Source: Nanobdellati archaeon (GTDB lineage: Archaea > B1Sed10-29 > WALL01 > WAMD01). From it: DNA of 30,020 bases. The DNA lies in assembly GCA_015522495.1 (NCBI GenBank), contig WAMD01000010.1, forward strand, positions 1 through 30,020, read 5' to 3'. The position numbers were made by a program, and so were the translations under genes. This document shows, piece after piece, positions 9,080 through 17,166 of this stretch. Position 1 is the stretch's first letter. Each line of letters opens with the position of its first letter. The notes beneath the pieces were generated by a model. It saw only the letters and a program-made list of their open reading frames with translations. It was not told the DNA's origin and searched no databases.

Positions 9080-9928
9080 CTATGCTAGTATCATCATCGC
9101 TCCAACCATCATTATGATACCACCAATGAACCTTTGCTTTATCTCTATTTTCTCTTTAAGTATGAAAAAGCTCAGTAGGATAGTTATGAGTATAGACAAC
9201 TGTAAGAGTGGAAATACTAGGCTAACATCAGCTAGTTTGAAAGCCGTTATCTGCATGTAGTACATGGATGCATAGCAAAAGGCGGATGCCAGAACGAGCT
9301 TCCAGTTTTTACCTACGAATTTCATTACATTGTTTATGTTCCTGTTCTCTGGGAGCAATCCATAGATAAGACCAGGAACGAAATACATGGTAAATCCGTA
9401 AAATACAGGATTAACACCAACCCCCATGCTAAACTTTTCGACTATTGCAATTATTGCAATTATGAAAGCTGTTAGTACAGTAAGCTGTGGTCCATGTTCC
9501 TTGAGTCTCTTGAACGCTCCTAACTTCCAAGTTATCACCATTGCGCCGATGAATATGAACACTGTTCCCCAGAACTTTGTAATTGTTACCCTTTCGCCTA
9601 GTATTAACCATGATAATATGAGCAAGAACAAAACCCTTAGAGAGCCAAGCGGAGCGCCTAAACTAGCTTCAGTATGCCTAACTGCATAGAATCCAGTGAA
9701 CCCACCTATTGCATAAAGTACTATACCTGCGATTACTCCAATCCACTGCAAATTGCCTGTGGGCATGGAGAAACCAATGAAAATGGCAGCAGGTATGTAA
9801 AAAAGGGAACTGGTGATCCTCCATACGAACATGTATTCACGAACATTGCCCTCCTTCAGTATTATCCTGTTTATGATAATACCTAAAGAGTGGAGTATCA
9901 CAGCCCCTAGAACAAGGATTCCCCACAT
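9080..9928 (-). CDS. EamA/DMT family transporter
   Basis: About ten hydrophobic helices in two repeats, with LILSWLILGERVT and LLSFFILKEKI motifs. Confidence 0.9.
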   Translation of the reverse strand: MWGILVLGAVILHSLGIIINRIILKEGNVREYMFVWRITSSLFYIPAAIFIGFSMPTGNLQWIGVIAGIVLYAIGGFTGFYAVRHTEASLGAPLGSLRVLFLLILSWLILGERVTITKFWGTVFIFIGAMVITWKLGAFKRLKEHGPQLTVLTAFIIAIIAIVEKFSMGVGVNPVFYGFTMYFVPGLIYGLLPENRNINNVMKFVGKNWKLVLASAFCYASMYYMQITAFKLADVSLVFPLLQLSILITILLSFFILKEKIEIKQRFIGGIIMMVGAMMILA

Positions 9929-9987
9929 AAGTCTATTACGAAAAAGATTTAAATAACCTTTATTCCCAAGTTATGTGGGGGAGAGGA

Positions 9988-10164
9988 ATGGATGATAAAG
10001 GACAAATATCTGCTGAGTTTTTAGTTTTGTTTGCTGCTGTTTTAGCGCTTGCAACCCTTGTTGTAACCCACTTGTACTCTACTGGGAAATCTTTTACTAA
10101 GTCTAGTGCTGAATCTACAGATAAAGCAATGAAAGTTGTTAAAAAATTAAATGGAGGCAAATAG
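9988..10164 (+). CDS. Small type IV pilin-like protein with class III signal peptide
   Basis: MDDKG/QISAE followed by a hydrophobic helix (Q+1, S+3, E+5). Start reassigned to ATG 9988 behind GGGGGAGAGGA. Confidence 0.85.
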   Translation: MDDKGQISAEFLVLFAAVLALATLVVTHLYSTGKSFTKSSAESTDKAMKVVKKLNGGK

Positions 10165-10177
10165 GAGGGAGAGGGAA

Positions 10178-10348
10178 ATGGATGATAAAGGTCAAGTATC
10201 CGCGGAGATGTTGGTTTTAATGGCAGCTGTCCTGGCTGTGGCTTGGTTGGTTCTTTCCAGCCTAACCAGCACTGCAAAGTCAACAACGCATTCTATCAAC
10301 AAGACGTCTAAAAAGATACTAAACAAGGTTGAGGAGATAACCGGATGA
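10178..10348 (+). CDS. Small type IV pilin-like protein, paralogue of the preceding gene
   Basis: MDDKG/QVSAEMLVLMAAVLAVAWLVL. Shares ATGGATGATAAAGG(A/T)CAA with the previous gene. Start reassigned to ATG 10178. Confidence 0.85.
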   Translation: MDDKGQVSAEMLVLMAAVLAVAWLVLSSLTSTAKSTTHSINKTSKKILNKVEEITG

Positions 10349-10740
10349 AAGGCCAGTCTAGCCTAGAGTACCTAGCCGTGCTTGCTGCTGTTCTGGCATT
10401 CCTAGCGGTCTGGGCAGGAACAGCAGCAAGCACTGGAAATCTAGTTTTTTCTAGTTTGAACTCGATGGATGTTAGGACGTCTGCTAAGCAGTTAGTTAGT
10501 GAGATAGATTCCACTTGTCTTATGGCACCAGGCTCTAGTGTGACATCTGAATTTGTTTTTCCTACTAGAACAAACATAAAATACCTGAATAATAGCATAC
10601 TCTTTTTCTGGGGGAATAATACATATGCCTCCAAAACAAGGTGTAGTGTGAGTTTACCTACCAGTATGTATGGCACTGTCCGTGTTCGAATGGTGAGGTA
10701 TAAGTTTGGGGTTGTGCTCTATGAAATAAATCAAACTTAA
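10345..10740 (+). CDS. Type IV pilin-like protein with class III signal peptide
   Basis: MKG/QSSLEYLAVLAAVLAFLAVW. ATGA overlap with the previous stop codon. Confidence 0.85.
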   Translation: MKGQSSLEYLAVLAAVLAFLAVWAGTAASTGNLVFSSLNSMDVRTSAKQLVSEIDSTCLMAPGSSVTSEFVFPTRTNIKYLNNSILFFWGNNTYASKTRCSVSLPTSMYGTVRVRMVRYKFGVVLYEINQT

Positions 10741-11117
10741 TACCCAAAATAAAAATAGACGTCCTCAATTGCTTGTCCAGAGAAATCAGATCTCTTCAAG
10801 ACTATAATATCCTTAGGAGAGTCCCATTTTATCACAATCTCTTTGTTATTCTTTACAATTTTCATCTGAAGGTCTGGATTTGTCAGCTCCAGCACCTGCC
10901 TTGTTGCGATGGGGTCAAGATTAAGGTCTAACACTAGTTCTGAAATATCACTCCCTTGTTTGTATATCACAGCTTTATCTAATGTCGCGTGATGTACAGG
11001 TCTAGCTATCAGAAGGATAAGCACCATCAATGATACTATTGCCTCTATACTAAACACTGCTCTTGAAGGTTTTAGTATTGTCCTAAACCCTGATAAATAC
11101 AATTTTTTTGTTTTCAT
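10737..11117 (-). CDS. Pilin-like protein with class III-like signal peptide
   Basis: RA/VFSIE (E+5) followed by hydrophobic AIVSLMVLILLIA. Last gene of the minus-strand operon. Confidence 0.65.
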   Translation of the reverse strand: MKTKKLYLSGFRTILKPSRAVFSIEAIVSLMVLILLIARPVHHATLDKAVIYKQGSDISELVLDLNLDPIATRQVLELTNPDLQMKIVKNNKEIVIKWDSPKDIIVLKRSDFSGQAIEDVYFYFGY

Positions 11118-11418
11118 CTATAACAACCCTGGTCATGGTTCCATTCCCACATATCTTGCAGTTTCCAAATTTTTCTTTTAGTTTTTTGCTAGATACTGTC
11201 TGCGGTTCTACAGATTTAATATCATCTGAGAAATATGCTAATCCAGTTATGTAGTTGTTTACCAACTCATCTGATTTTATTATTGACCTAGCTTGTTCCA
11301 TGGCTATCGACTGTGTCGAGGCTATGGTCGATGTATACACTAGGATATGCACCAGTGCTATGGCAGTCATAGCTATTGTTATTCCTGTCCACACTTGTAA
11401 GTCAATCATCTCTAGCAT
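11083..11418 (-). CDS. Small protein with one N-terminal membrane helix inside the pilin-like operon
   Basis: Hydrophobic WTGITIAMTAIALVHILVY segment with no canonical class III cleavage site. Start placed at ATG 11418, 7 nt after GGAGG. Confidence 0.6.
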   Translation of the reverse strand: MLEMIDLQVWTGITIAMTAIALVHILVYTSTIASTQSIAMEQARSIIKSDELVNNYITGLAYFSDDIKSVEPQTVSSKKLKEKFGNCKICGNGTMTRVVIDENKKIVFIRV

Positions 11419-11608
11419 ACTGAAACCTCCGATAACTTGAGTTGCCAATCCCCAGTGCCCAGTAATCTTTTTCTATTAACCTAGTTTCGTTCATTTTTGG
11501 TTGGTTTAATATAGTAGCTAGCGGGGATATTGCACTAACAATCACAAGTACAACAATCAATACTAGTGCAATCACTACTAGCGTTTCAATGCTCACCTGT
11601 GCCCTCAT
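11402..11608 (-). CDS. Small type IV pilin-like protein with class III signal peptide
   Basis: MRA/QVSIETLVVIALVLIVVLVIV (Q+1, S+3, E+5). Confidence 0.85.
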   Translation of the reverse strand: MRAQVSIETLVVIALVLIVVLVIVSAISPLATILNQPKMNETRLIEKDYWALGIGNSSYRRFQYARDD

Positions 11609-12014
11609 ACCACACCCCCCTGTTTATTATAACTGTAGTTGGTCCTGTCATTGTTATTCCATAATTCGATATATTTCTTTTAGGCCTTAAAACAGCCTTT
11701 CCATTAACTATATCTACATTTATACTATCCTTAATACCAGTATGGGTATCCCCAGAGAATATAGTGAATCCTTCCTTGCTCCAATACACAATCCATTCTG
11801 AAATGTATACCTTACAGTCTCCATCGGATTTACAGTGAGATAACGCCTGTCGAAAAGTACGTATAACATCATTTTGCAGGTTTACTTTCATTTGATTATC
11901 AATGAACTTTGCTTCTAATGTTGATATTCCAGAGGCAACTTTGCTTTCTGTAGCTATAATTGGGACCATAACCAGAACTAGGACAATTACTATTACAAAG
12001 CTGAATCCTCTCAT
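11586..12014 (-). CDS. Pilin-like protein with class III-like signal peptide (no E+5)
   Basis: MRG/FSFVIVIVLVLVMV. First gene of the operon, preceded by GGGGAGAGGGAA. Confidence 0.65.
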   Translation of the reverse strand: MRGFSFVIVIVLVLVMVPIIATESKVASGISTLEAKFIDNQMKVNLQNDVIRTFRQALSHCKSDGDCKVYISEWIVYWSKEGFTIFSGDTHTGIKDSINVDIVNGKAVLRPKRNISNYGITMTGPTTVIINRGVWYEGTGEH

Positions 12015-12040
12015 TTCCCTCTCCCCGGTATTTTCTGGGC

Positions 12041-12057
12041 AAAAGCTTTATAAAAAG
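12041..12057. promoter_or_regulatory. Probable archaeal BRE/TATA element between divergent genes
   Basis: AAAAGCTTTATAAAAAG contains the palindromic TTTATAAA (12047-12054), about 33 nt from the minus-strand start at 12014 and about 45 nt from the plus-strand start near 12097. Confidence 0.55.
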
Positions 12058-12096
12058 ATTATCTCAAAATAAACCTAGCTTTTGGTTGATTTTTGA

Positions 12097-12876
12097 GTGA
12101 TGGCAATGACATCTGATTTGAAGAAGTCAAGGGAGAAAATGGCAGAGGTTACCTCTAGAATAAGAAGACTCAGGTCAAAGGTAAGGGAGCTCAAGCAGAA
12201 GAGAGATCTGGCTAATGAAAAGGTAAAAGAGCTAAAGGACAAGAGGGACAAGGCAAATGTCGAGCTAAAGAAGCTGAAAGACAAGCTAAAGGAAGTTGAC
12301 AAGGAGATATCAGAGAATAGATCAGAAGGTTTAAGCAAGACCCAGGTGAAAAGGAGGATTGACAGCTTGGATTGGAAGCTTCAAACCAGTGTCTTAAAGC
12401 CTAAGGAAGAAGAGAAGATAGTTAAGGAGATAGCAAAGTTAGAGGAAAAGCTAAAGGCGTTTGATACTATTGATAAATTATTCTCAGAAAGAAAGCGTCT
12501 AATAGCAGAGATCGAAAGAGTGAGGAAAGAAGCACAGGCATTCCATGAAGCAGTGATGCATTACGCAAAGGAAAGTGAGTTTAATCATTCAGAGATGATG
12601 AAGTTGATTGCCCAATTAGAAAAGTTGGAACCAGAGATAAAGGAAGCTAAGAAAGCACTTGAAGAAGCTAGAAAGAAGGCAGAGATAGTTAAATCAGAAG
12701 TGGAGAAGAGGAAAAAGGAAATTGCAAGGGAAACATCAGAAAAGATAGAGAGGACATATGAAAAGATGAAGAAGAAGGCAGAAGAATTATTATCAGAGCT
12801 AAAGAAAGGGAAGAAGCTCACAACAGAGGAGTTGATGATAATCCAAACATACCTTGATAGGGAGGAGTCTGCATGA
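12097..12876 (+). CDS. Archaeal coiled-coil protein (COG1340-like)
   Basis: Heptad-rich K/E sequence with LDWKLQTSVLKPKEEEKIVKEI and terminal KGKKLTTEELMIIQ, typical of this family. Confidence 0.75.
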   Translation: MMAMTSDLKKSREKMAEVTSRIRRLRSKVRELKQKRDLANEKVKELKDKRDKANVELKKLKDKLKEVDKEISENRSEGLSKTQVKRRIDSLDWKLQTSVLKPKEEEKIVKEIAKLEEKLKAFDTIDKLFSERKRLIAEIERVRKEAQAFHEAVMHYAKESEFNHSEMMKLIAQLEKLEPEIKEAKKALEEARKKAEIVKSEVEKRKKEIARETSEKIERTYEKMKKKAEELLSELKKGKKLTTEELMIIQTYLDREESA

Positions 12877-13094
12877 AGAGTTACCTTACTTTATGGTTTT
12901 CTAGCGATGGTGCTAGTCCCGTAGAAGTGGTGGATGCCTTAAAAGAGATAGGTTTTAACCCGATATCTGGCAACTATGATATGGAGTACGTATGGGACAA
13001 AAAGCCAAGTGTTGATGACATACTTTACCTTGCTGATCTAATTAAGAAGAAACTAGGGGACAAAAAGGTGTTGTTTAAGATAGAAACTATATAA
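12873..13094 (+). CDS. Small conserved archaeal hypothetical protein
   Basis: FSSDGASPVEVV...GNYDMEYVW...LFKIETI resembles a small archaeal family recalled from memory. ATGA overlap with the coiled-coil gene. Confidence 0.7.
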   Translation: MKSYLTLWFSSDGASPVEVVDALKEIGFNPISGNYDMEYVWDKKPSVDDILYLADLIKKKLGDKKVLFKIETI

Positions 13095-13143
13095 CTCAGA
13101 TAGGTTTTTTAATCAATATTCCATTATTAGTTTGGGGATTGAA

Positions 13144-13443
13144 ATGGAAGAGGATGATCTTGCTTATAGACTGGTTGAATTGTACGTCAAGGAGGTTTCA
13201 GCTACTCATGAAAAGAGGCAGATGGGCCTTGATACTATACTAAATGCTTATTTCTACGCTTTGTTGAGGATAACTAGAAAGAAGGAGGAAATGCTCGCAA
13301 TGAAACGGGCAGTTGAAGCAGGTAAAGCAACACCGGCATCAGTCCCAACACCAAAGGGTACAGCGGAAGCTCCAGAGGATGTTAAGGCAGAAAAAGAGTC
13401 AAAGATAGTTGGAGAAGGAGAAGACATTGAATTTGAATTTTAG
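13144..13443 (+). CDS. Hypothetical protein with acidic C-terminal tail
   Basis: Helical N-terminus (LAYRLVELYVKEV...ILNAYFYALLRI). ATG 13144 follows GGGGATTGA; the track start is TTG 13132. Confidence 0.7.
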   Translation: MEEDDLAYRLVELYVKEVSATHEKRQMGLDTILNAYFYALLRITRKKEEMLAMKRAVEAGKATPASVPTPKGTAEAPEDVKAEKESKIVGEGEDIEFEF

Positions 13444-13653
13444 TCACATCTTAGTTAAGAGGATTAAAATCAGTGTTATCAGGACTAGGCCAGATGCTAC
13501 CAGGATTAGAGATTTTGAGTTTCCAAATATCAAGGGGATTGGTCCGAGCATAACAACTCCACCATATTTTACACTCCCTTCTTGAAGGCCGGCAAGAGCC
13601 AATACAACCAACCCTATGATTATGAATCCAATGCCCACCAGTTCTATTCTCAC
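13444..13653 (-). CDS. DUF131 (TIGR00304-like) small membrane protein
   Basis: GGVVMLGPIPLIFG motif between two hydrophobic helices. Confidence 0.85.
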   Translation of the reverse strand: MRIELVGIGFIIIGLVVLALAGLQEGSVKYGGVVMLGPIPLIFGNSKSLILVASGLVLITLILILLTKM

Positions 13654-13661
13654 TCAATCAC

Positions 13662-14828
13662 CTATTTTTTGATAATCACTCTTATTATATCACCATTCTT
13701 TAGTACGTGGTCTTTACCTATTTTTCTCTTTGTTCTGGCGTCTATTGCTCCAATGAAGTTTTCCCCTATATCTGTGTGTATCTTGTAGGCCAGGTCCAGG
13801 GCAGTTGCACTTTCAGGGAGCAAGATAGCATCAGGTAGGACGTTCCCGTTTTTGTCAGTCCAATGGTTCTCATCTTCGACAGGAAAAACTACTTTCATCT
13901 TTAGTTTGCCAAAAACCATTTCTTCAATAGCCTTTTGTACTCCAGTGCTTCCGAATGGCTCAAGGACGTTTTTCCTTATATAATCTAATGCCTTTTTTCT
14001 CTTTTCATTTAATTCTGAGATAATCTTGAAACCACTGCCCCCTGGGACATACTCTATTAGCCCTGCCTCGCTGGCCCTCTTCAGGGCCAGCTCGGATTCA
14101 GCAGATACTGGGATTACATTCTTGCTCAGTATTTTATAGTTTTCTTTTGCTTCAGGCAGATCTATTTTATTCCCAGCGATGATAATTGGTTTGTTCCTTT
14201 TCCTAATTTCAGATGACAATGTTAATAATTCATCCTTACTTGAATCCGTGGATATGCTTAGTTCTTTTACTATCTCTTTTATCTCATCTCTGTTAACGTT
14301 TAAACCAGACACTTGTTGGTATATCAATTCATCCATCTTCATTCCAGTTTTCACTCTTCTCTGTATGCTATCCCAGCTCTTTGTTAAAATCTTTAGAATC
14401 CAGTAATCAATCTCTGCCTCCAGGAAGGATATATCTTCCTTTGGGTTATGACCAGTGGTAGGGTTCCCCTCAGCATCAGTTTTTCCAGACATATCTACCA
14501 CATGGATTAGCCCGTCTGCATCCATCAGGTTATCTAGGAACTGGTTTCCTAGCCCTTTCCCTTCATGGGCTCCAGGTACAAGGCCAGCCACGTCTAGGAG
14601 TTGCACAGGGACAAACCTAGTTCCGTTTACACATACCGAATTTTTTGGATTGCATTCTTTTCCGATCTCCTTATGGGGACAGGGCACCCTCACAAATGCT
14701 GTTCCCAGGTTTGGCTCTATGGTTGTAAATGGGTAGCTGGCTATCTGTGCATTGCCCATTGTAGCTGCATCAAAGAAGGTTGTTTTCCCAGATGAAGGTT
14801 TCCCAACCACTCCAATTTTCATAATCAC
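13662..14828 (-). CDS. ychF: Archaeal YchF-like Obg-family NTPase with TGS domain
   Basis: GKPSSGKTT, YPFTTIEPN, DVAGLVPGAHEGKGLGNQFL, NKID and C-terminal TALDLAYKIHTDIG...DIIRV. Confidence 0.93.
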   Translation of the reverse strand: MIMKIGVVGKPSSGKTTFFDAATMGNAQIASYPFTTIEPNLGTAFVRVPCPHKEIGKECNPKNSVCVNGTRFVPVQLLDVAGLVPGAHEGKGLGNQFLDNLMDADGLIHVVDMSGKTDAEGNPTTGHNPKEDISFLEAEIDYWILKILTKSWDSIQRRVKTGMKMDELIYQQVSGLNVNRDEIKEIVKELSISTDSSKDELLTLSSEIRKRNKPIIIAGNKIDLPEAKENYKILSKNVIPVSAESELALKRASEAGLIEYVPGGSGFKIISELNEKRKKALDYIRKNVLEPFGSTGVQKAIEEMVFGKLKMKVVFPVEDENHWTDKNGNVLPDAILLPESATALDLAYKIHTDIGENFIGAIDARTKRKIGKDHVLKNGDIIRVIIKK

Positions 14829-14949
14829 ACCCTATCAGCCTTTATTGTATCTTGCTACATAAAACTTTAATATATGGTTTTTTAAAATTTTGAAAAATAT
14901 TAAATATTAGCTAAGCCTTAGATTAGACTTAGTATCTATTTGCATTTAG

Positions 14950-16476
14950 GTGGTTTTAATGGAAGAGGAAGTAAGGCAAACATATTCAGTATGTCCTGAG
15001 TGTTTCAGGATGATACCTGCTAAGATAGTCAATAGGGATGGAAAACTTTTTATGGTGAAGGAGTGTCCAGAGCATGGAAAGTTTGAAGAGCTGTACTGGG
15101 CAGACTATGATTTATACAAAGACTTTATGTCTAGGCTTAAAACTGGAAAAGGGATAGATAACCCCCAAACAAAGGCAGAAAAAGGCTGCCCTTGGGACTG
15201 TGGGCTTTGCCCCCTACACATGTCCTCTTCTGTTCTGGTCAACATAGACGTGACGAACAGGTGCAACTTTAGATGCCCCATATGTTTTGCAAATGCCGCA
15301 GCGTCAGGTAAGATATGGGACCTGTCTAAGGACGAGGTTGCAAAAATACTCGATAATATAATGTCTGAGGTTCCCCCTGCATTGGCAGTCCAGTTCTCTG
15401 GAGGTGAACCAACTGTTAGAGATGACCTACCTGAATTGGTTGCTTTAGCAAAGGAGAAAGGGATAAGGCAGATAATGATTGCGACCAATGGTGCTAGGCT
15501 AGCAGAAAAACCAGATTTTCTTAAAGCTCTTGCGGATGCAGGAACATCTACACTCTACCTTCAGTTTGATGGCGTGACAGAGAAACCATATAAATTGGCA
15601 AGGGGATTTAATGCGTTTCCTTTAAAGAAGATGGTCATAGAAAATGTTAGGAGGATAGGAAGGCCCAACATTGTCCTAGTTCCAACGGTGGTTAAAGGTG
15701 TAAATGACTCGCAGGTTGGCGACATAATCAGGTTCGCTGCCCAAAACTCCGACGTCGTTAGGGGAGTTGATTTCCAGCCAGTTGCATTGACTGGAAGGCT
15801 TCCTCAGGAGGAAAGGGAAAAGATGAGGATAACAATTCCTGAGTTGTTTGATGCTATTGAAGAGCAGACTAATGGAGATATAAAAAAGAGAGACTTTTAC
15901 ACAATACCATCAATGTTTCCGATAATTGAATGGCTGAGAGTAGTCTCGGGTAACGGCTCTAACTACCCACGTGTGAGGACCCACCCTCTTTGTGGGGGAG
16001 GTACTTATGTATTTGTAGATGGGGGTAGGTTTATCCCGATAACTAGGGTAATAGATGTTGATAAATTCATTAAACTAACGGAGAAAGGGGTATCAAAAGC
16101 AGAGATGGTCCTGAGGCTCCCAACGATTATAAAACCCAAGGCACTCACAAAGGTACCGGAGTTCTTGAAAGTTTTGAAGGCAATAGTTACACGGGGAGAT
16201 TTCGCCTCAGCAGCGACAATGCATAACATAAAAAACCTGCTCTTTATAGGGACTATGCATTTCCAGGATCCATACAACTTTGATGTTGAGAGGGTTATGA
16301 GGTGTGTTATACACTACGGCCTCCCAGATGGAAAAGTTATTCCATTCTGTGCATACAACAACTTCTACAGGAAGACTTATGAAGAAAAGTATTCAAGGGA
16401 ACCAACCCCAGAGGAAAAGGAACAATTCAAAAAGGAAGTTGAACAGATAGCTAAGTGGAGAAAGCAGTTTGGTTGA
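14950..16476 (+). CDS. tes: Tetraether lipid synthase (Tes / GDGT-MAS, MJ0619 family) radical SAM enzyme
   Basis: CPEC...CPEH, GCPWDCGLCPLH, radical SAM CNFRCPIC, FSGGEPT, YLQFDG, FQPV, HPLC, TMHFQDPYNFDVERVMRCVIHY and IPFCAYN are colinear with MJ0619 as recalled. Confidence 0.88.
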   Translation: MVLMEEEVRQTYSVCPECFRMIPAKIVNRDGKLFMVKECPEHGKFEELYWADYDLYKDFMSRLKTGKGIDNPQTKAEKGCPWDCGLCPLHMSSSVLVNIDVTNRCNFRCPICFANAAASGKIWDLSKDEVAKILDNIMSEVPPALAVQFSGGEPTVRDDLPELVALAKEKGIRQIMIATNGARLAEKPDFLKALADAGTSTLYLQFDGVTEKPYKLARGFNAFPLKKMVIENVRRIGRPNIVLVPTVVKGVNDSQVGDIIRFAAQNSDVVRGVDFQPVALTGRLPQEEREKMRITIPELFDAIEEQTNGDIKKRDFYTIPSMFPIIEWLRVVSGNGSNYPRVRTHPLCGGGTYVFVDGGRFIPITRVIDVDKFIKLTEKGVSKAEMVLRLPTIIKPKALTKVPEFLKVLKAIVTRGDFASAATMHNIKNLLFIGTMHFQDPYNFDVERVMRCVIHYGLPDGKVIPFCAYNNFYRKTYEEKYSREPTPEEKEQFKKEVEQIAKWRKQFG

Positions 16477-16509
16477 ACCGTTAGATAAGCCACTGAATAA
16501 ATTGAGTAT

Positions 16510-17046
16510 TCATATGAGTGACTTCAAGATACTAAACACAATGTTGATTATTGCAGATAGAATGTCAGTTTGATTTTGCTGTTTTTGCTGTTCTGTGGCT
16601 AAGTTGCGGGATGTGTTGTTCTCGTATGATTGATTGGATGTATGTGGCTGGTTGTTTTTTGCACAACATGATGAAGTAGACGTGCTCTCGTCGTTGACAA
16701 AACCACTTTCTTTTGGAGGTGGAACCGGTCTAACGGTTATATTTTGGATTGTACCAGTTATGTTTACAATCCTTGGTTTGTAATTCTGTGCTGGTGGCGG
16801 TGTGTATCCTGGTTCGTTTTTTTTCTCTTCCAGATATCTATCCCACTCTTTGTTTGCATCTTTTGGGTAGTATGCATAAGAGGTGTTATACACTTTTAAC
16901 TCCGGTTTTACTATTTTTGCACCTTGGCTAAGTGCCTCTTTGAACTCGCAAAGTCCAGGGTTTGTTGAATTTTCGCACTCTGCCAGAACCACGTGGACAA
17001 CGCTAAGTAAGATTATACCAACAAATACAAATTTGTGTAGGTTCAT
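16510..17046 (-). CDS. Secreted or surface glycoprotein of unknown function
   Basis: Signal peptide MNLHKFVFVGIILLSVVHVVLA (start placed at 17046), eight N-x-S/T sequons, a Pro/Ser/Gln-rich linker and an amphipathic C-terminus. Confidence 0.7.
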   Translation of the reverse strand: MNLHKFVFVGIILLSVVHVVLAECENSTNPGLCEFKEALSQGAKIVKPELKVYNTSYAYYPKDANKEWDRYLEEKKNEPGYTPPPAQNYKPRIVNITGTIQNITVRPVPPPKESGFVNDESTSTSSCCAKNNQPHTSNQSYENNTSRNLATEQQKQQNQTDILSAIINIVFSILKSLI

Positions 17047-17166
17047 ATAATTAGTCATTCTCAGTTGGTACATAAAAATTTAAGTTTTTGTCATTAATAT
17101 AAAATCTTTTAGCACTTTGTGTTGCATCCCTCAAACTAATAAACTACTTGGAGTATAAACACTAAC

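Larger units (their letters stand above)
10167..12025. repeat. Perfect 14-bp inverted repeat GGGAGAGGGAAATG (10167-10180 plus strand; 12012-12025 minus strand), with a variant at 9977-9990
   Basis: Read directly from the sequence. Each copy ends in the ATG of a pilin-like gene. Confidence 0.9.
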
